Positions 26,997 to 36,764 of a DNA stretch of 51,508 bases are shown here, one piece after another. The position numbers and the translations under genes are program-made. The notes beneath the pieces are model-generated. The model saw only the letters and a program-made list of their open reading frames with translations. It was not told where the DNA came from and did not search any database. Position 1 is the stretch's first letter; each line of letters starts with the position of its first letter. Origin of the DNA: an uncultured Candidatus Bathyarchaeia archaeon (GTDB lineage Archaea > Thermoproteota > Bathyarchaeia > TCS64). Location: positions 1 to 51,508 of the forward strand of contig CAYGAH010000235.1 of the NCBI GenBank assembly GCA_964347685.1, read 5' to 3'.

Positions 26997-29077
26997 CCCT
27001 TCATACTCCTCATGATCAGATTCCCATAGTTGTCCGCACCCGCCTCCCAGCCGGGATAGATCACCGTCGTTGCGTCATACTGCTCTATGACGGCTGGGCC
27101 CTCGAACGCCCCGTCTCCCCTTATGCTCCGTCTTTCGTACACGGGGGTCTCGATCCGCGAGTCGGCCCCCTCGAAGTAGACCTCCCGATGCTCTCGTGGC
27201 TCGGGCTTCACCCCCGTAGGCTTCATCTTCTTGAATCTAGGCTTGGAGAGCAGCCCCACGGCCCTCAGCCTTACGTTCACCGATTCGACGGGCTCTTCCT
27301 CCGCAGCGTATCCGTAGACCTCCCTATGCCTCCTGTTGAACTCCTTGATCGCCCTCTTCATCGCTTCTCCGTCGAAGGGATCGGAGGCGTCAACCGTCAG
27401 CTCGTAGGCCTGCCCCAGGTACCGGAGGTCGAGCCTCCTCTCGAAGCACATCTTCTCTGGCGGGATGCCCTCCTCGGCGAGCGTGTCCCTCCCTTCGGCC
27501 TCCATGCGCCCGAAGATCGACTCCACCTCTGCGGGATCGACGTCCACGGATCTCTTCACCATAGCCTGGGAGTAGTCTTGGAACAGGTCTGCGGTCAGGA
27601 GGCCTAGGGCAGAGAACATACCCGGGTTGGGTGGGACGATCACTTTGCCTATCTCAAGTTCTTCGGCCAGGGCGCAGACGTGCATAGGGCCCGCCCCGCC
27701 GAAGGCCACAAGGGTGAAGTTGCGGGGGTCGTAGCCCCTCTCTACAGAGACTATGCGGAGGATCTTGGACATCATCGAGTTGGCGAGCCTTACGACGCCG
27801 ACGGCAGCTTCCTCTACCCCCATCCCCAGCTTATCGCCGAGCCTCCTTAACGAGGCCCAGGCCTCCTCCGGATGTATGCTCATCTCTCCGCCGAGGAGGC
27901 TCCTCGGGTTCAGCCTTCCTAGCAGGAGGTTCGCGTCCGTTATGGTCGGCTCCTCACCTCCTTGGCCGTAGCAGGCGGGCCCCGGGTGGGCTCCGGCGCT
28001 CGTGGGCCCGACCCTCATGACCCCTCCCTCGTCTGCCCAGGCTATTGTTCCGCCTCCGGCGCTGCACTCCGCGAGGTCTATGAAGGGGAACCTAACGGGG
28101 TAGCCGCTACCCTTTACCAGCCTTCCCATGTGGATCTTTCCTGCCACCTCGTACTCGGGAACCACCTCCGGGACGCGCCCCCTTACGGTCCCAGCCTTGG
28201 CGGTGGTCCCCCCCATGTCGAAGCTAATTATGTCCCTCTCTCCAGTGAGCTCCCCGAGCCAAGACGCGGCGATGACCCCTGAGGCGGGGCCGGATTCGAC
28301 CAGAGTGGAGGGTCTCTCAGCAATGATATCTACCGTTGCCATTCCCCCGTTCGACTGCATGACATAGAGGTGTGCCCTGATGCCGATCCCCTTAAGGTCC
28401 TGGGCCAGCTGGGATATGTACGTGCGGATGATGGGCATTAGGGTCGCGTTCACTACGGCGGTGCTGAACCTCTCATACTCCCTGTACTCGTTCGAGACCA
28501 AGCTCGAACCCGTGAGGTAGAGTCCAGGGAGACGCTGCCTGGCGAGGCTCAGTATCTCCTCCTCGTGGTAGGGATTGGCATAGGAGTTGAGGAACCCCAC
28601 TGCCAGCGATTCTACGCCCTCAGCCTCGATCTCTGATAGGATTTCATCGACCTGAGAATCATCCAGAGGCACTAGGATTTCTCCGTTGGCATCTATCCGC
28701 TCGTCCACCTCGTACCTGTGCCTCCGCTCCACAAGCATCGGGGGCCTCTGAAAGAAGAGGTTGTAGACCTCTGCCCGCCTCTGACGCCCTATCTCTATAA
28801 TGTCCCTGAAGCCCCGGGTGGTTATCAGGGCCGTCTTGGGCAGCTCCAGATCCATCTGGCCGAAAAGGGCGTTAGTGGCGATGGTCGTTGCGTGGCCGAC
28901 CATCCTAACGGACACCGCCCTCGCCTCTCCCAGAAACTGGCTGAAGGCTTCCACCACCCCCCTCTCTGGGTTCTTGGGCACCGAAGGCACCTTTATGTTC
29001 CGGAGTTCCCAGGTCTCCTCGTCGAGGGCCACCAGGTCGGTGAAGGTACCTCCCACGTCCACGCTTACCCTGTACAT
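26993..29077 (-). CDS. Hydantoinase A / 5-oxoprolinase A-type subunit (ASKHA fold)
   Basis: 694 aa. It has an N-terminal VDVGGTFTD motif and an internal DMGGTTAK motif. Confidence 0.85.
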   Translation of the reverse strand: MYRVSVDVGGTFTDLVALDEETWELRNIKVPSVPKNPERGVVEAFSQFLGEARAVSVRMVGHATTIATNALFGQMDLELPKTALITTRGFRDIIEIGRQRRAEVYNLFFQRPPMLVERRHRYEVDERIDANGEILVPLDDSQVDEILSEIEAEGVESLAVGFLNSYANPYHEEEILSLARQRLPGLYLTGSSLVSNEYREYERFSTAVVNATLMPIIRTYISQLAQDLKGIGIRAHLYVMQSNGGMATVDIIAERPSTLVESGPASGVIAASWLGELTGERDIISFDMGGTTAKAGTVRGRVPEVVPEYEVAGKIHMGRLVKGSGYPVRFPFIDLAECSAGGGTIAWADEGGVMRVGPTSAGAHPGPACYGQGGEEPTITDANLLLGRLNPRSLLGGEMSIHPEEAWASLRRLGDKLGMGVEEAAVGVVRLANSMMSKILRIVSVERGYDPRNFTLVAFGGAGPMHVCALAEELEIGKVIVPPNPGMFSALGLLTADLFQDYSQAMVKRSVDVDPAEVESIFGRMEAEGRDTLAEEGIPPEKMCFERRLDLRYLGQAYELTVDASDPFDGEAMKRAIKEFNRRHREVYGYAAEEEPVESVNVRLRAVGLLSKPRFKKMKPTGVKPEPREHREVYFEGADSRIETPVYERRSIRGDGAFEGPAVIEQYDATTVIYPGWEAGADNYGNLIMRSMKG

Positions 29078-29130
29078 CGGCTACCTCCCCACCACTACTC
29101 CATAGGAAAGAGATAAAATCCTGTCGAGGG

Positions 29131-29529
29131 CTAGAGCAGTCCTTCCCGTCTTGCCACTTTCTCGAGAAATCTCCTGGTTCCGTCCCTCATGTCGATCCCG
29201 CCCAGCTCGTCGAGGGGGAACCAGCGGCCGTCGAGGGCGTCGGAAGCCGCCTTGGGTTCACCTTCTAGGTACTCGCAGAGGTACTCGATCAGTACGTAGT
29301 GATAGCGGAGTCTGCCCCCATCGTCCTTGACGATGGAGTCGTAGGTGGCGATGAGCTTAACGGGGCGGACCCTAACCCCCGTCTCTTCGAGGACCTCCCG
29401 GACAACCGCCTCTTCCACCGTCTCCCCGACCTCCACCACGCCACCGGGAATCCCCCACATCCCCCTGGAGGGCTCGTTTCCCCTCCTCGTGAGGAGGACT
29501 TTCCCCTCGTGGAAGACCACGGCTGCCAC
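29131..29529 (-). CDS. NUDIX hydrolase
   Basis: Nudix box GIPGGVVEVGETVEEAVVREVLEETG. Confidence 0.85.
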   Translation of the reverse strand: MAAVVFHEGKVLLTRRGNEPSRGMWGIPGGVVEVGETVEEAVVREVLEETGVRVRPVKLIATYDSIVKDDGGRLRYHYVLIEYLCEYLEGEPKAASDALDGRWFPLDELGGIDMRDGTRRFLEKVARREGLL

Positions 29530-29582
29530 TCCGGGTATCGGAGCTTTTGGGTATTCCCGGCCCGTGCTGGAACCCCCTATGT

Positions 29583-30122
29583 TTAAACGGAGTTGTAGCC
29601 GGCTTCGAGGGCCCCGAGGTTGACGTCCCTGAGGGAGGGCCTCATCATCTCGTTCACGGCCTCCTTCAACCTCTCAAGGCTCAGCACCGGGGAGCGCTTC
29701 GCGAGGGCCCCAAGGAGCACCATGTTGGCCACTATCGGATTTCCCAGACGGGCCGCGATGTCGCCGGCTGGAACCGGGAGCGTCTCGACATCCTCCCTGA
29801 CCTCCTTCCCAACCTTACTGAGGACGCTCGCATCGACCAGGACGAGGGCACCCACCTTCGCCCTGCCTATGTAACTCCTGTACGCAGGCAGGGAGAGGAT
29901 GATAAGGGCGTCGGGCTCCGTCAGCTGCATGTCATAGATCTTCTTGTCAGAGACCAGGACCTCTGAGCGGCAGCTTCCCCCCCGGGCCTCGGAGCCGTAG
30001 CTCCTGGTGAAGATGACCTCGTATCCGTTCCTGACGAGGGCCTCCGAGAGGAACTCGCCGGCCGCGACGATGCCCTGCCCTCCGGTCCCCGAGATGAGTA
30101 TCTCCCTTCGCATCCTACCCAC
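29583..30122 (-). CDS. 2-oxoacid:ferredoxin oxidoreductase, gamma subunit
   Basis: 179 aa with ISGTGGQGIV...GSEARGG, typical of POR/KOR gamma. It overlaps the beta subunit by 8 nt. Confidence 0.8.
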   Translation of the reverse strand: MGRMRREILISGTGGQGIVAAGEFLSEALVRNGYEVIFTRSYGSEARGGSCRSEVLVSDKKIYDMQLTEPDALIILSLPAYRSYIGRAKVGALVLVDASVLSKVGKEVREDVETLPVPAGDIAARLGNPIVANMVLLGALAKRSPVLSLERLKEAVNEMMRPSLRDVNLGALEAGYNSV

Positions 30123-31143
30123 CCCTGGCCCTCTTTATAATGGCCCTCAGGGACTCCGTGAACTCGGGTCGCTCCTCCCTCACGAAGACGCCGAGTTCCA
30201 GCTTCCCCTCCCGTGAGTCTGCAAGCCTGGCCACGGAATCCAGCCCCGAGAGGCGGCTCTTAACCGACTCCACGTCTCTTGTGTCTATCCTTATGGCTCT
30301 GCCGAGCGCCATGTGATCGACCAACTTTGCTCTGGCTTCCAGTCCGGTCATGGCGTCCTCAACCGATCTCATTGCCTCCTCGGGCGTATTCTTGGGGACG
30401 ACATAGAAGTAGCTGCCACGCTCGGGCCTGTCCCTGACATAGGTGCTCTCCGAGAACATCTCAAGAATCCTCGCAGGGAGTTCTTGGAGGGGCCCCCTGA
30501 GATTGAAGATGTGCCTCTGCTGGGTTGGGCACTGGCTGAGGACCTCTATGAAGCTGAAACCCCTGTGCTGGATGGCATCCTTTATGCTACGGGTGAGATC
30601 AACCACATGGTATGTTGTCCACCTAGCCACGTAGGAGGCCCCCGCAGCAGTCACCAGTTTGGTAATATCGAAGGGGCTCTCAGGGTTCCCGTAGGGGGAT
30701 GTCACTGTAGTCTCTCCGTGGGGAGTCGTAGGAGCTATCTGGCCCCCCGTCATCGCGTAGCTCATGTTGTTCACCAGGATCGTGGTGATGTCTATGTTCC
30801 TCCTCGCTGCATGGATCAGGTGGTTTCCTCCTATACCCGCGCCGTCCCCGTCGCCGGTGAAAACGACCGCTACCAGATCGCCGTTGTAGGCCTTGGCGCC
30901 CGTCGCGAAGGCCAGGGCCCTCCCGTGGGTCGTGTGGAGGGTATCCCCTTTGAAGTTGGGGCTGGGTATCCAGGCGGAGCAGCCTATGCCCGAGACGCAT
31001 AGAACCTCATCCTGCGGCACCCCCAGATCGTCTATGGCCCTGACGAAGCAGTTGAGGATGATGCCGTCCCCGCAGCCCGGGCAGAAGGCTGTCGACTTTG
31101 TGCGGATGTATTTGTCCCTGTAGTAGCTTGCGGGCTTCGTCAT
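30115..31143 (-). CDS. 2-oxoacid:ferredoxin oxidoreductase, beta (TPP-binding) subunit, with a C-terminal extension of about 60 aa
   Basis: FCPGCGDG, GIGCS and GDGDGAGIGGNH TPP motif. Confidence 0.85.
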   Translation of the reverse strand: MTKPASYYRDKYIRTKSTAFCPGCGDGIILNCFVRAIDDLGVPQDEVLCVSGIGCSAWIPSPNFKGDTLHTTHGRALAFATGAKAYNGDLVAVVFTGDGDGAGIGGNHLIHAARRNIDITTILVNNMSYAMTGGQIAPTTPHGETTVTSPYGNPESPFDITKLVTAAGASYVARWTTYHVVDLTRSIKDAIQHRGFSFIEVLSQCPTQQRHIFNLRGPLQELPARILEMFSESTYVRDRPERGSYFYVVPKNTPEEAMRSVEDAMTGLEARAKLVDHMALGRAIRIDTRDVESVKSRLSGLDSVARLADSREGKLELGVFVREERPEFTESLRAIIKRARGG

Positions 31144-32267
31144 GCTTCCCTCCTGATAGCGGCGTACACCTCACCCATAGTGGGCAGAACCCCTCCCACC
31201 TTGGCGATAGAGACGACCCTCGCCCTCCCGCAGGCCACCCTCTCCACCTCCCGGACCATCTTCCCTGCGTTCATCTCCACTACGAACAGCGCCTCCGCCT
31301 TATCGGCGAGCTTCGAGACCTCCTCCTCGGGGAAGGGCCATATTGTCCTCAGCCTGAGCAGTCCCACGCTCAAGCCCTCCTCCCTGGCCTTCTCCACGGC
31401 TCCGTAGCAGGGGCGTGCCGAGGCTCCGAAGGAGATAACCGCCACCTTCGCGTCTTCGAGCCCGACCCTCTCCAGGTCCCTGATCTCGGGCTCCGCCCTC
31501 AGAACCTTCTCTCTTATCCTGTTTACGAGCATCTGGTGATACCTGGGAGCGTAGTCCCTGAAACCATCCGGCCTGTGCGTCGAGCCCGTCACCAAGAGCC
31601 TGTGTCCCTCCCCGAAGATGGGCATCTCTGGGACTCCGCTCTGGTCATCTGTGCTGAAGGGGGTCGAGGTGGGTCCACTGGGCTTGCGGCGGTCGTATGT
31701 CTTTACATCCTCTGGGACTACTAAGCTCTCCTTCATGTGGCCTATCATGCCGTCGGACATGAGCATCACCGGCGTCCTGTACCTCTCGGCGAGGTTGAAG
31801 GCCCTGACCGTAAGGTCGAACATCTCTTGCACCGACCAAGGAGACAGGGCGATGACCTCGTAGTCCCCGTGGCTCCCGTACTTGGCTTGGTAGATGTCCT
31901 GCTGCCCCGGCTCAGTCGCCTGCCCCGTGGAGGGGCCGCTCCTCTGGACGTTCACGACGACGCACGGGGTCTCAGTCATGTGGGCGTAACCAATGTTCTC
32001 CTGCATCAGGCTATAGCCTGGGCCGGATGTCGCTGTCATCGCCTTAGCCCCAGCCCAAGACGCCCCAATCACGGCTGCTATGGAGGCCAACTCGTCCTCC
32101 ATTTGTAGGAAATATCCCCCGACCCTGGGCAGCTCGGCCGCCATGTGGTGGCTTATCTCGTTTGCCGGGGTGATGGGGTACCCTGCAAAGAACCTGCATC
32201 CAGCCCTGAGGGCCCCCTCGGCGCAGGCCAAGTTCCCAAGGACGAAGTGCTCCCCCGACTTCAGCAT
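31140..32267 (-). CDS. 2-oxoacid:ferredoxin oxidoreductase, alpha subunit
   Basis: GN.A.AEGA..AGCRFFAGYPITP and TATSGPGYSLM patterns; 375 aa. Confidence 0.85.
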   Translation of the reverse strand: MLKSGEHFVLGNLACAEGALRAGCRFFAGYPITPANEISHHMAAELPRVGGYFLQMEDELASIAAVIGASWAGAKAMTATSGPGYSLMQENIGYAHMTETPCVVVNVQRSGPSTGQATEPGQQDIYQAKYGSHGDYEVIALSPWSVQEMFDLTVRAFNLAERYRTPVMLMSDGMIGHMKESLVVPEDVKTYDRRKPSGPTSTPFSTDDQSGVPEMPIFGEGHRLLVTGSTHRPDGFRDYAPRYHQMLVNRIREKVLRAEPEIRDLERVGLEDAKVAVISFGASARPCYGAVEKAREEGLSVGLLRLRTIWPFPEEEVSKLADKAEALFVVEMNAGKMVREVERVACGRARVVSIAKVGGVLPTMGEVYAAIRREA

Positions 32268-32491
32268 GGTTGGACCTCCTCGACGGTTATTGCGAAGTCT
32301 GGGCAGTACCTCTCACACCACCTGCACACGGTGCACTCCCCATCTGCCTCTGGAAGGGCGTTTCCGAGGACAGTCCTCTTTTCCGACTCTCCAAGAACCT
32401 TACCCCCCATCTTTCCGCAGACGTAGACGCAGATGAGGCAACCCTTGCACCTATCCTCGTTGACCTCGACCCTGAACCCCCTTTCACTCAT
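32261..32491 (-). CDS. 2-oxoacid:ferredoxin oxidoreductase, delta subunit (2x[4Fe-4S] ferredoxin)
   Basis: 76 aa with CKGCLICVYVC and CTVCRWCERYCP. It overlaps the alpha subunit start. Confidence 0.75.
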   Translation of the reverse strand: MSERGFRVEVNEDRCKGCLICVYVCGKMGGKVLGESEKRTVLGNALPEADGECTVCRWCERYCPDFAITVEEVQPC

Positions 32492-32833
32492 AGACCTAAC
32501 TCCCGATGTCTGGATAGATTGTTCTACTAAACGTCGACAGGTATAATAAAACGATGGGGTTCAATCAAATCGAACTTATTCAGAGTAATTCGCGGTCGGT
32601 GAATTATCTCCACTTCTATGGTTGAGCCCTTAGTGTGTGCTTCGGCGCGTTCAGGTTCGTCAGAAATCTCTAGCTCATCATGGGACTAGTGCTCATACTT
32701 TTCGGCGTTGCCCAGCTCCTAGAAGTTTATCTCTACCAGAACTAGACGGTCATACTAACTGTGATGGTTCTGTACGTGGTCTATCTTGGACTGAAGCTCT
32801 ACCGACGTTGGTCGCTGCGATGTGGAATTTCGA

Positions 32834-33787
32834 TCACCCCTCACGCCATTTCTTGAGGACTAGACTGGCGACCGATGAGTCCTGGATGGCTATCCCGACG
32901 CTCTTGAACACGGTCAACCCGTCCTTGGGTGTTCTCCCCTCCTTCCTGCCTAGGACAAGCTCTCCCAGCTCGGCGTAGATGTGGCCCTCGGTTATGGCAC
33001 CCTCAGTGATTGGGATGAGGATGTCCCCCGCCTCCTCCATGACAGCCTCCTTGCTGTCTACCACCAGCTTCGCCTCCCTCACCGTGGCGGTGTCCAGCTC
33101 CCTGTAGTCGGGGTAGAAGGCTCCTATGGCGCTGACGTGGACCGCGTCGCCCAGCCAGTCCCTCCTGATGACAGGCTTGGACGAGGTCGTGGCCGTGACG
33201 ACGATGTCCGCATCCCTCACGGCGTCAGCACCGGTCTCGGCCGCTACTACCTCGACGCCCAGCTTGGGCTCTATGTCTTCTACGAACCTCTTCATGCTCT
33301 CCTCCGAGAGATCGAATACCCTGATCAAGTCTAGGTCTCTGGTCTCTGCGACGGCCCATGCCTGGGTCTTCCCCTGCACGCCGCACCCTATCACCGCTGC
33401 AACTCTGCTGTCCTTGGGGGCCAGGTACCTGGCTGCGACGCCAGTCACCGCTCCTGTGCGTATCGCTGTCAGGTAGGTCCCGTCAAGGAGGGCTTCCATC
33501 ATCCCCGTTTCAGGATCGTTGACGATGACCCAGGCTACGGTGGTCGGGAGCCCCCTCTTCGGATTCTGGGGATAGATGGAGATGATCTTAGTGGCGAGGG
33601 CGCCCGTCTCCTCTAAGTAGGAGGGCATCAGGGAGACGCTGCCGTCATACCTTTCGAGCATGATGGTCGAGCGGGGCGGCATCTTAACGGCGCCCTTGGC
33701 GAACTCGCCGAAGGCTCTCTCCACTGCGTCGATGGCTTCACGCATCGATAGGAGCCTTTCGATGTCGCGGTCTGAGAGCAGCAGCAT
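32834..33787 (-). CDS. Ornithine cyclodeaminase / mu-crystallin family NAD(P) enzyme (cyclodeaminase, ketimine/pyrroline-carboxylate reductase or alanine dehydrogenase type)
   Basis: 317 aa. Matches the family pattern (MP.Y, LTAIRTGAVTGVAARYLA, IGCGVQG). Confidence 0.8.
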   Translation of the reverse strand: MLLLSDRDIERLLSMREAIDAVERAFGEFAKGAVKMPPRSTIMLERYDGSVSLMPSYLEETGALATKIISIYPQNPKRGLPTTVAWVIVNDPETGMMEALLDGTYLTAIRTGAVTGVAARYLAPKDSRVAAVIGCGVQGKTQAWAVAETRDLDLIRVFDLSEESMKRFVEDIEPKLGVEVVAAETGADAVRDADIVVTATTSSKPVIRRDWLGDAVHVSAIGAFYPDYRELDTATVREAKLVVDSKEAVMEEAGDILIPITEGAITEGHIYAELGELVLGRKEGRTPKDGLTVFKSVGIAIQDSSVASLVLKKWREG

Positions 33788-33837
33788 ACCGATCAGAACA
33801 AACTGGGGCGCTGAGTCTATAAAATTGTGGGAGGAGG

Positions 33838-34932
33838 CTAGAGTGACTCAACGAACCTGTCTAGGCGCTCCACCACCCTCTCCAGCACGGGCACGGGCTG
33901 GACGAGTGGCACCCTGACAAACCCGTCCTGGTTCAGGCCGAAGGTGTGGCCGGGACTGAGGGCGACGTTCTCCTGTTTCTCCAAGCGGTCGCAGAACTCC
34001 TGGGAGCCGAGGCCGTGGCTCCTCGCGTCGAACCAGGCGTAGAAGGAGCCCTCGAATAGGTGGCAGCTGAGCCCTTCTATCTCGTCGACGGCCATGCAGA
34101 AGTACCTCCTCCTCTCGTCGTATGCCCTCCTCCTCTCCTCAACGTAGGATGTGGGTCCCTTGAGGGCGGCGACGCCCGCGGCATAGACGAATGTGGCGGG
34201 GCGGGGCGCGACCATGCCGGCGATCTTCCTAGCCTTGGGAAAGTAGCCCTCTGGGACGATAAGGTATCCTAGGCGCCAGCCCGTCATTGAGAAGGTCTTT
34301 GAGAAGCTCATTATGTTGATTGTGTGGTCCTTCAGGCCCTCTAGACTGGCCGTGGAGACGAACTCGTTGTCGTCGTAGACGAAGTGGAGGTATATCTCGT
34401 CGGAGAGGATGGTCATTTCGTGGTCTGTGGCCAGATCGCCTATGACCCTCAACTCCCCCTCTGTGAAGACCGTGCCAGTCGGGTTGTTGGGGTTACATAT
34501 GAGGACGGCCTTCGTCTCAGGCCCCACGTAATCGGGGAGGGCTTCGAGGTCGGGGTGGTAGTCGTCATCCCTCGCCATGGGGGCCACAGACATCTTCACG
34601 CCCATCTCCCGAAGGATGTTGTAGTGACCCCTGTATGAGGGCTCGAAGAGCAGTATCTCGTCGCCGGGGTCTAGGACGGTAGCGAGGGCGATGTAGAGGG
34701 CAGCGCTACTCCCCGCCGTTGGGACCACCTCCTCAGGCTCGTAGACTGGGCCGAAGCCGCTGTAGTAGTCCACGACGGCTTTCTGGAATTGCCGAGGTAT
34801 GTCTGCTCCCCCGTAGTGGGTCCACACGCCGCCTTTCCTTATGGCTTCCAGTGCCGCCTCTACGACCCACTTGGGTGCCTCCACGTCGGGGTCGCCGGCG
34901 TTCAGCTTTATGAACTCCTCGGATGACATCAT
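33838..34932 (-). CDS. Class I/II pyridoxal-phosphate aminotransferase
   Basis: The PLP-lysine motif SFSKTFSMTGWRLGY, NPNNPTG, and DEIY. Confidence 0.85.
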   Translation of the reverse strand: MMSSEEFIKLNAGDPDVEAPKWVVEAALEAIRKGGVWTHYGGADIPRQFQKAVVDYYSGFGPVYEPEEVVPTAGSSAALYIALATVLDPGDEILLFEPSYRGHYNILREMGVKMSVAPMARDDDYHPDLEALPDYVGPETKAVLICNPNNPTGTVFTEGELRVIGDLATDHEMTILSDEIYLHFVYDDNEFVSTASLEGLKDHTINIMSFSKTFSMTGWRLGYLIVPEGYFPKARKIAGMVAPRPATFVYAAGVAALKGPTSYVEERRRAYDERRRYFCMAVDEIEGLSCHLFEGSFYAWFDARSHGLGSQEFCDRLEKQENVALSPGHTFGLNQDGFVRVPLVQPVPVLERVVERLDRFVESL

Positions 34933-35019
34933 CCAGCACCTTTCAACTTAAAGCCGTCGAATCGCTATATAACACTGTCAGGTCCGCGAAGAGATGACCA
35001 CCCGAGGGTTGGGCCTCCA

Positions 35020-35895
35020 TCATGCGAACGGGATCCGTATCGCGCCCAAGAGGTAAAGTAGGCCCCCCAAACCCACGTTGATGTAGGGGAAGAACCAGTA
35101 GAAGCTTCCGGCTTCTCTCCCCTGCAGCAGGATCAAAGACGCTAGGATAGGGTATATGAGGGGGAGGAAGCTCGGGAGCGCGTAGCCTCCGACGTAGAGG
35201 ACCGTCAAGGAGAAAGAAGACCAGAGAACTAGGCAGAGGAGCATTGAGGCCTTCTCCCCGAGGAGGACGGCGGTCGTGGTGAGGCCCGCCCTCTCATCGT
35301 ACTCGATGTCGGGGATTGCAGCAAAAAGATGCATCGCGGAGGTGTGGAGGAAGGCCGCGAGGATGACCATCCAGGGCGGCAAGGAGCCCGTGACCTGGTA
35401 GTATCCGAAGACGCCTGGGACCGCGTAAAGGAAGTTCGAAGAGAAGTCCATGAAGGGGAGGGCCTTGAACCTGAGGGGCCTTGCGCTGTAGAAATATCCT
35501 AGGAAAAGGAACGAAGAGAATATCAGCCTCTCCGCAAGGTCCTTCTGAAGGAGCAGAAACAAGGCGCTCAGGCCCATCGATACCGCCAGCAGAGAGACCA
35601 GGGCCCTACGCTCCTCGGCGTCTACCAGGTGCTCCTTCCTCGCCTTCTTGGGGTTGAGCCTGTCCGTCTCCTCGTCCCAGTAGTCGTTCACTCCGTATAG
35701 GAAGACGTTGGCGGGCAGGAGGAAGTAGACGAGGTATCCTAGGAACTCTGCGCTCAGCAGGTCCAGCAGCCTTCCCGCGCCCCAGACGTACCCCACGGTG
35801 TAGGGCCCCGCCAGGTAGAACCAGAACCGGAAACGGGACACCTTGAAGGCTAAAGAGACGTACTTCCTGAACCACCTCACGGCTCTCAAATCCAT
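35020..35895 (-). CDS. UbiA-superfamily prenyltransferase, lycopene-elongase (LyeJ/CrtEb)-like by context
   Basis: Polytopic membrane protein with NDYWDEETD (NDxxDxxxD). Its ATG overlaps the crtB stop (ATGA). Confidence 0.65.
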   Translation of the reverse strand: MDLRAVRWFRKYVSLAFKVSRFRFWFYLAGPYTVGYVWGAGRLLDLLSAEFLGYLVYFLLPANVFLYGVNDYWDEETDRLNPKKARKEHLVDAEERRALVSLLAVSMGLSALFLLLQKDLAERLIFSSFLFLGYFYSARPLRFKALPFMDFSSNFLYAVPGVFGYYQVTGSLPPWMVILAAFLHTSAMHLFAAIPDIEYDERAGLTTTAVLLGEKASMLLCLVLWSSFSLTVLYVGGYALPSFLPLIYPILASLILLQGREAGSFYWFFPYINVGLGGLLYLLGAIRIPFA

Positions 35896-36614
35896 CAGAT
35901 TCTATAGGTGAAAAGGGTGTTGTACCCGATCTGAGACACGATCTTAATGACGGAGGGCTTCACCTTCCTCTCGTAGACTATGAAAGGGTCTTGCCGGATC
36001 ACCCTGGCGGTCCACTTGTACATCTCTGAAGCCGTCTTTATGGGGATCAGGTACCTCCTGGGGATGTATACGAACCCCCTCTCCGCAATCTCCTGCCAAT
36101 CGCGGTATCGGAAGATCTGCTGGTCTATGAAGTTCCTGAACCCGACAGGTCGGCTTGAGACGAGCCTGTAGTCTAAACCCTCCAAGCCATGCTCCGCCAG
36201 GTCCTCCTGCGGGAAGTAGGTCCTGTTGAGGGAGAGGTCCTCCTCGATGTCCCTTATGAAGTTCACGTACTGCATGGCCCTACCCAGGTGCCGGGCGCAG
36301 CCGTAGGCGGCGCGGGGCAGCCCCATTATCTTCGCCATCATCAGGCCCACCACCTCTGCGGAGCCGTACAGGTAGGCCTTGAGGTCCTCGAGGGTGTCGT
36401 AGCTCGAAACGTAAAGGTCAGCCTCCATGGAGGCCAGGAACGAGTCCACCCAGCCCTCCTCGAACCCCCTCCTCTCTATCAAGTTGACGAAGGAGTCGAC
36501 TACGATGTCCCCCGTTTCTCCCCCCTTCATAGCCGTGCGATACCTGTCCTTGAAGTCGTAGAAGGCCTCCGCCTGCTGGGGGACGGAGTCAACGTAGTCG
36601 TCTGCCTTCCTCAC
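35895..36614 (-). CDS. crtB: Phytoene synthase (squalene/phytoene synthase family). The true N-terminus almost certainly lies upstream, within 36615..36764.
   Basis: Has both Asp-rich motifs (RKADDYVD and an IRDIEED-type motif). The ORF track starts at GTG 36614, only 3 codons before the first DDxxD. The conserved upstream segment (KGSKTYFYSSIFFPRQVKEDVFILYSF) is in frame but has no ATG/GTG/TTG. Confidence 0.85.
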   Translation of the reverse strand: MRKADDYVDSVPQQAEAFYDFKDRYRTAMKGGETGDIVVDSFVNLIERRGFEEGWVDSFLASMEADLYVSSYDTLEDLKAYLYGSAEVVGLMMAKIMGLPRAAYGCARHLGRAMQYVNFIRDIEEDLSLNRTYFPQEDLAEHGLEGLDYRLVSSRPVGFRNFIDQQIFRYRDWQEIAERGFVYIPRRYLIPIKTASEMYKWTARVIRQDPFIVYERKVKPSVIKIVSQIGYNTLFTYRI

Positions 36615-36764
36615 GAAGCTGTAAAGGATGAAGACGTCTTCCTTGACCTGTCTCGGGAAGAATATGCTTGAGTAGAAGTAGGTTTTGCTCCCCTTCTTGA
36701 AGATAGAGTAGTGGGTTCTTTCCAGACTTCCTGACCTCCCGAAATTTCTAGGTACGGGCTCCGA

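Noticed and set aside
32680-32856. A small two-TM ORF (MGLVLILFGVAQLLEVYLYQN-TAG-TVILTVMVLYVVYLGLKLYRRWSLRCGISITPHAIS) whose two halves are joined by an in-frame TAG. Pyrrolysine or read-through was considered.
   Set aside because: TAG is used as an ordinary stop by several solid genes here, for example 3568..3570, 4507..4509 and 13180..13182. No Pyl machinery is visible, and the ORF overlaps the convergent OCD gene end. It is most likely chance or two unrelated tiny ORFs.
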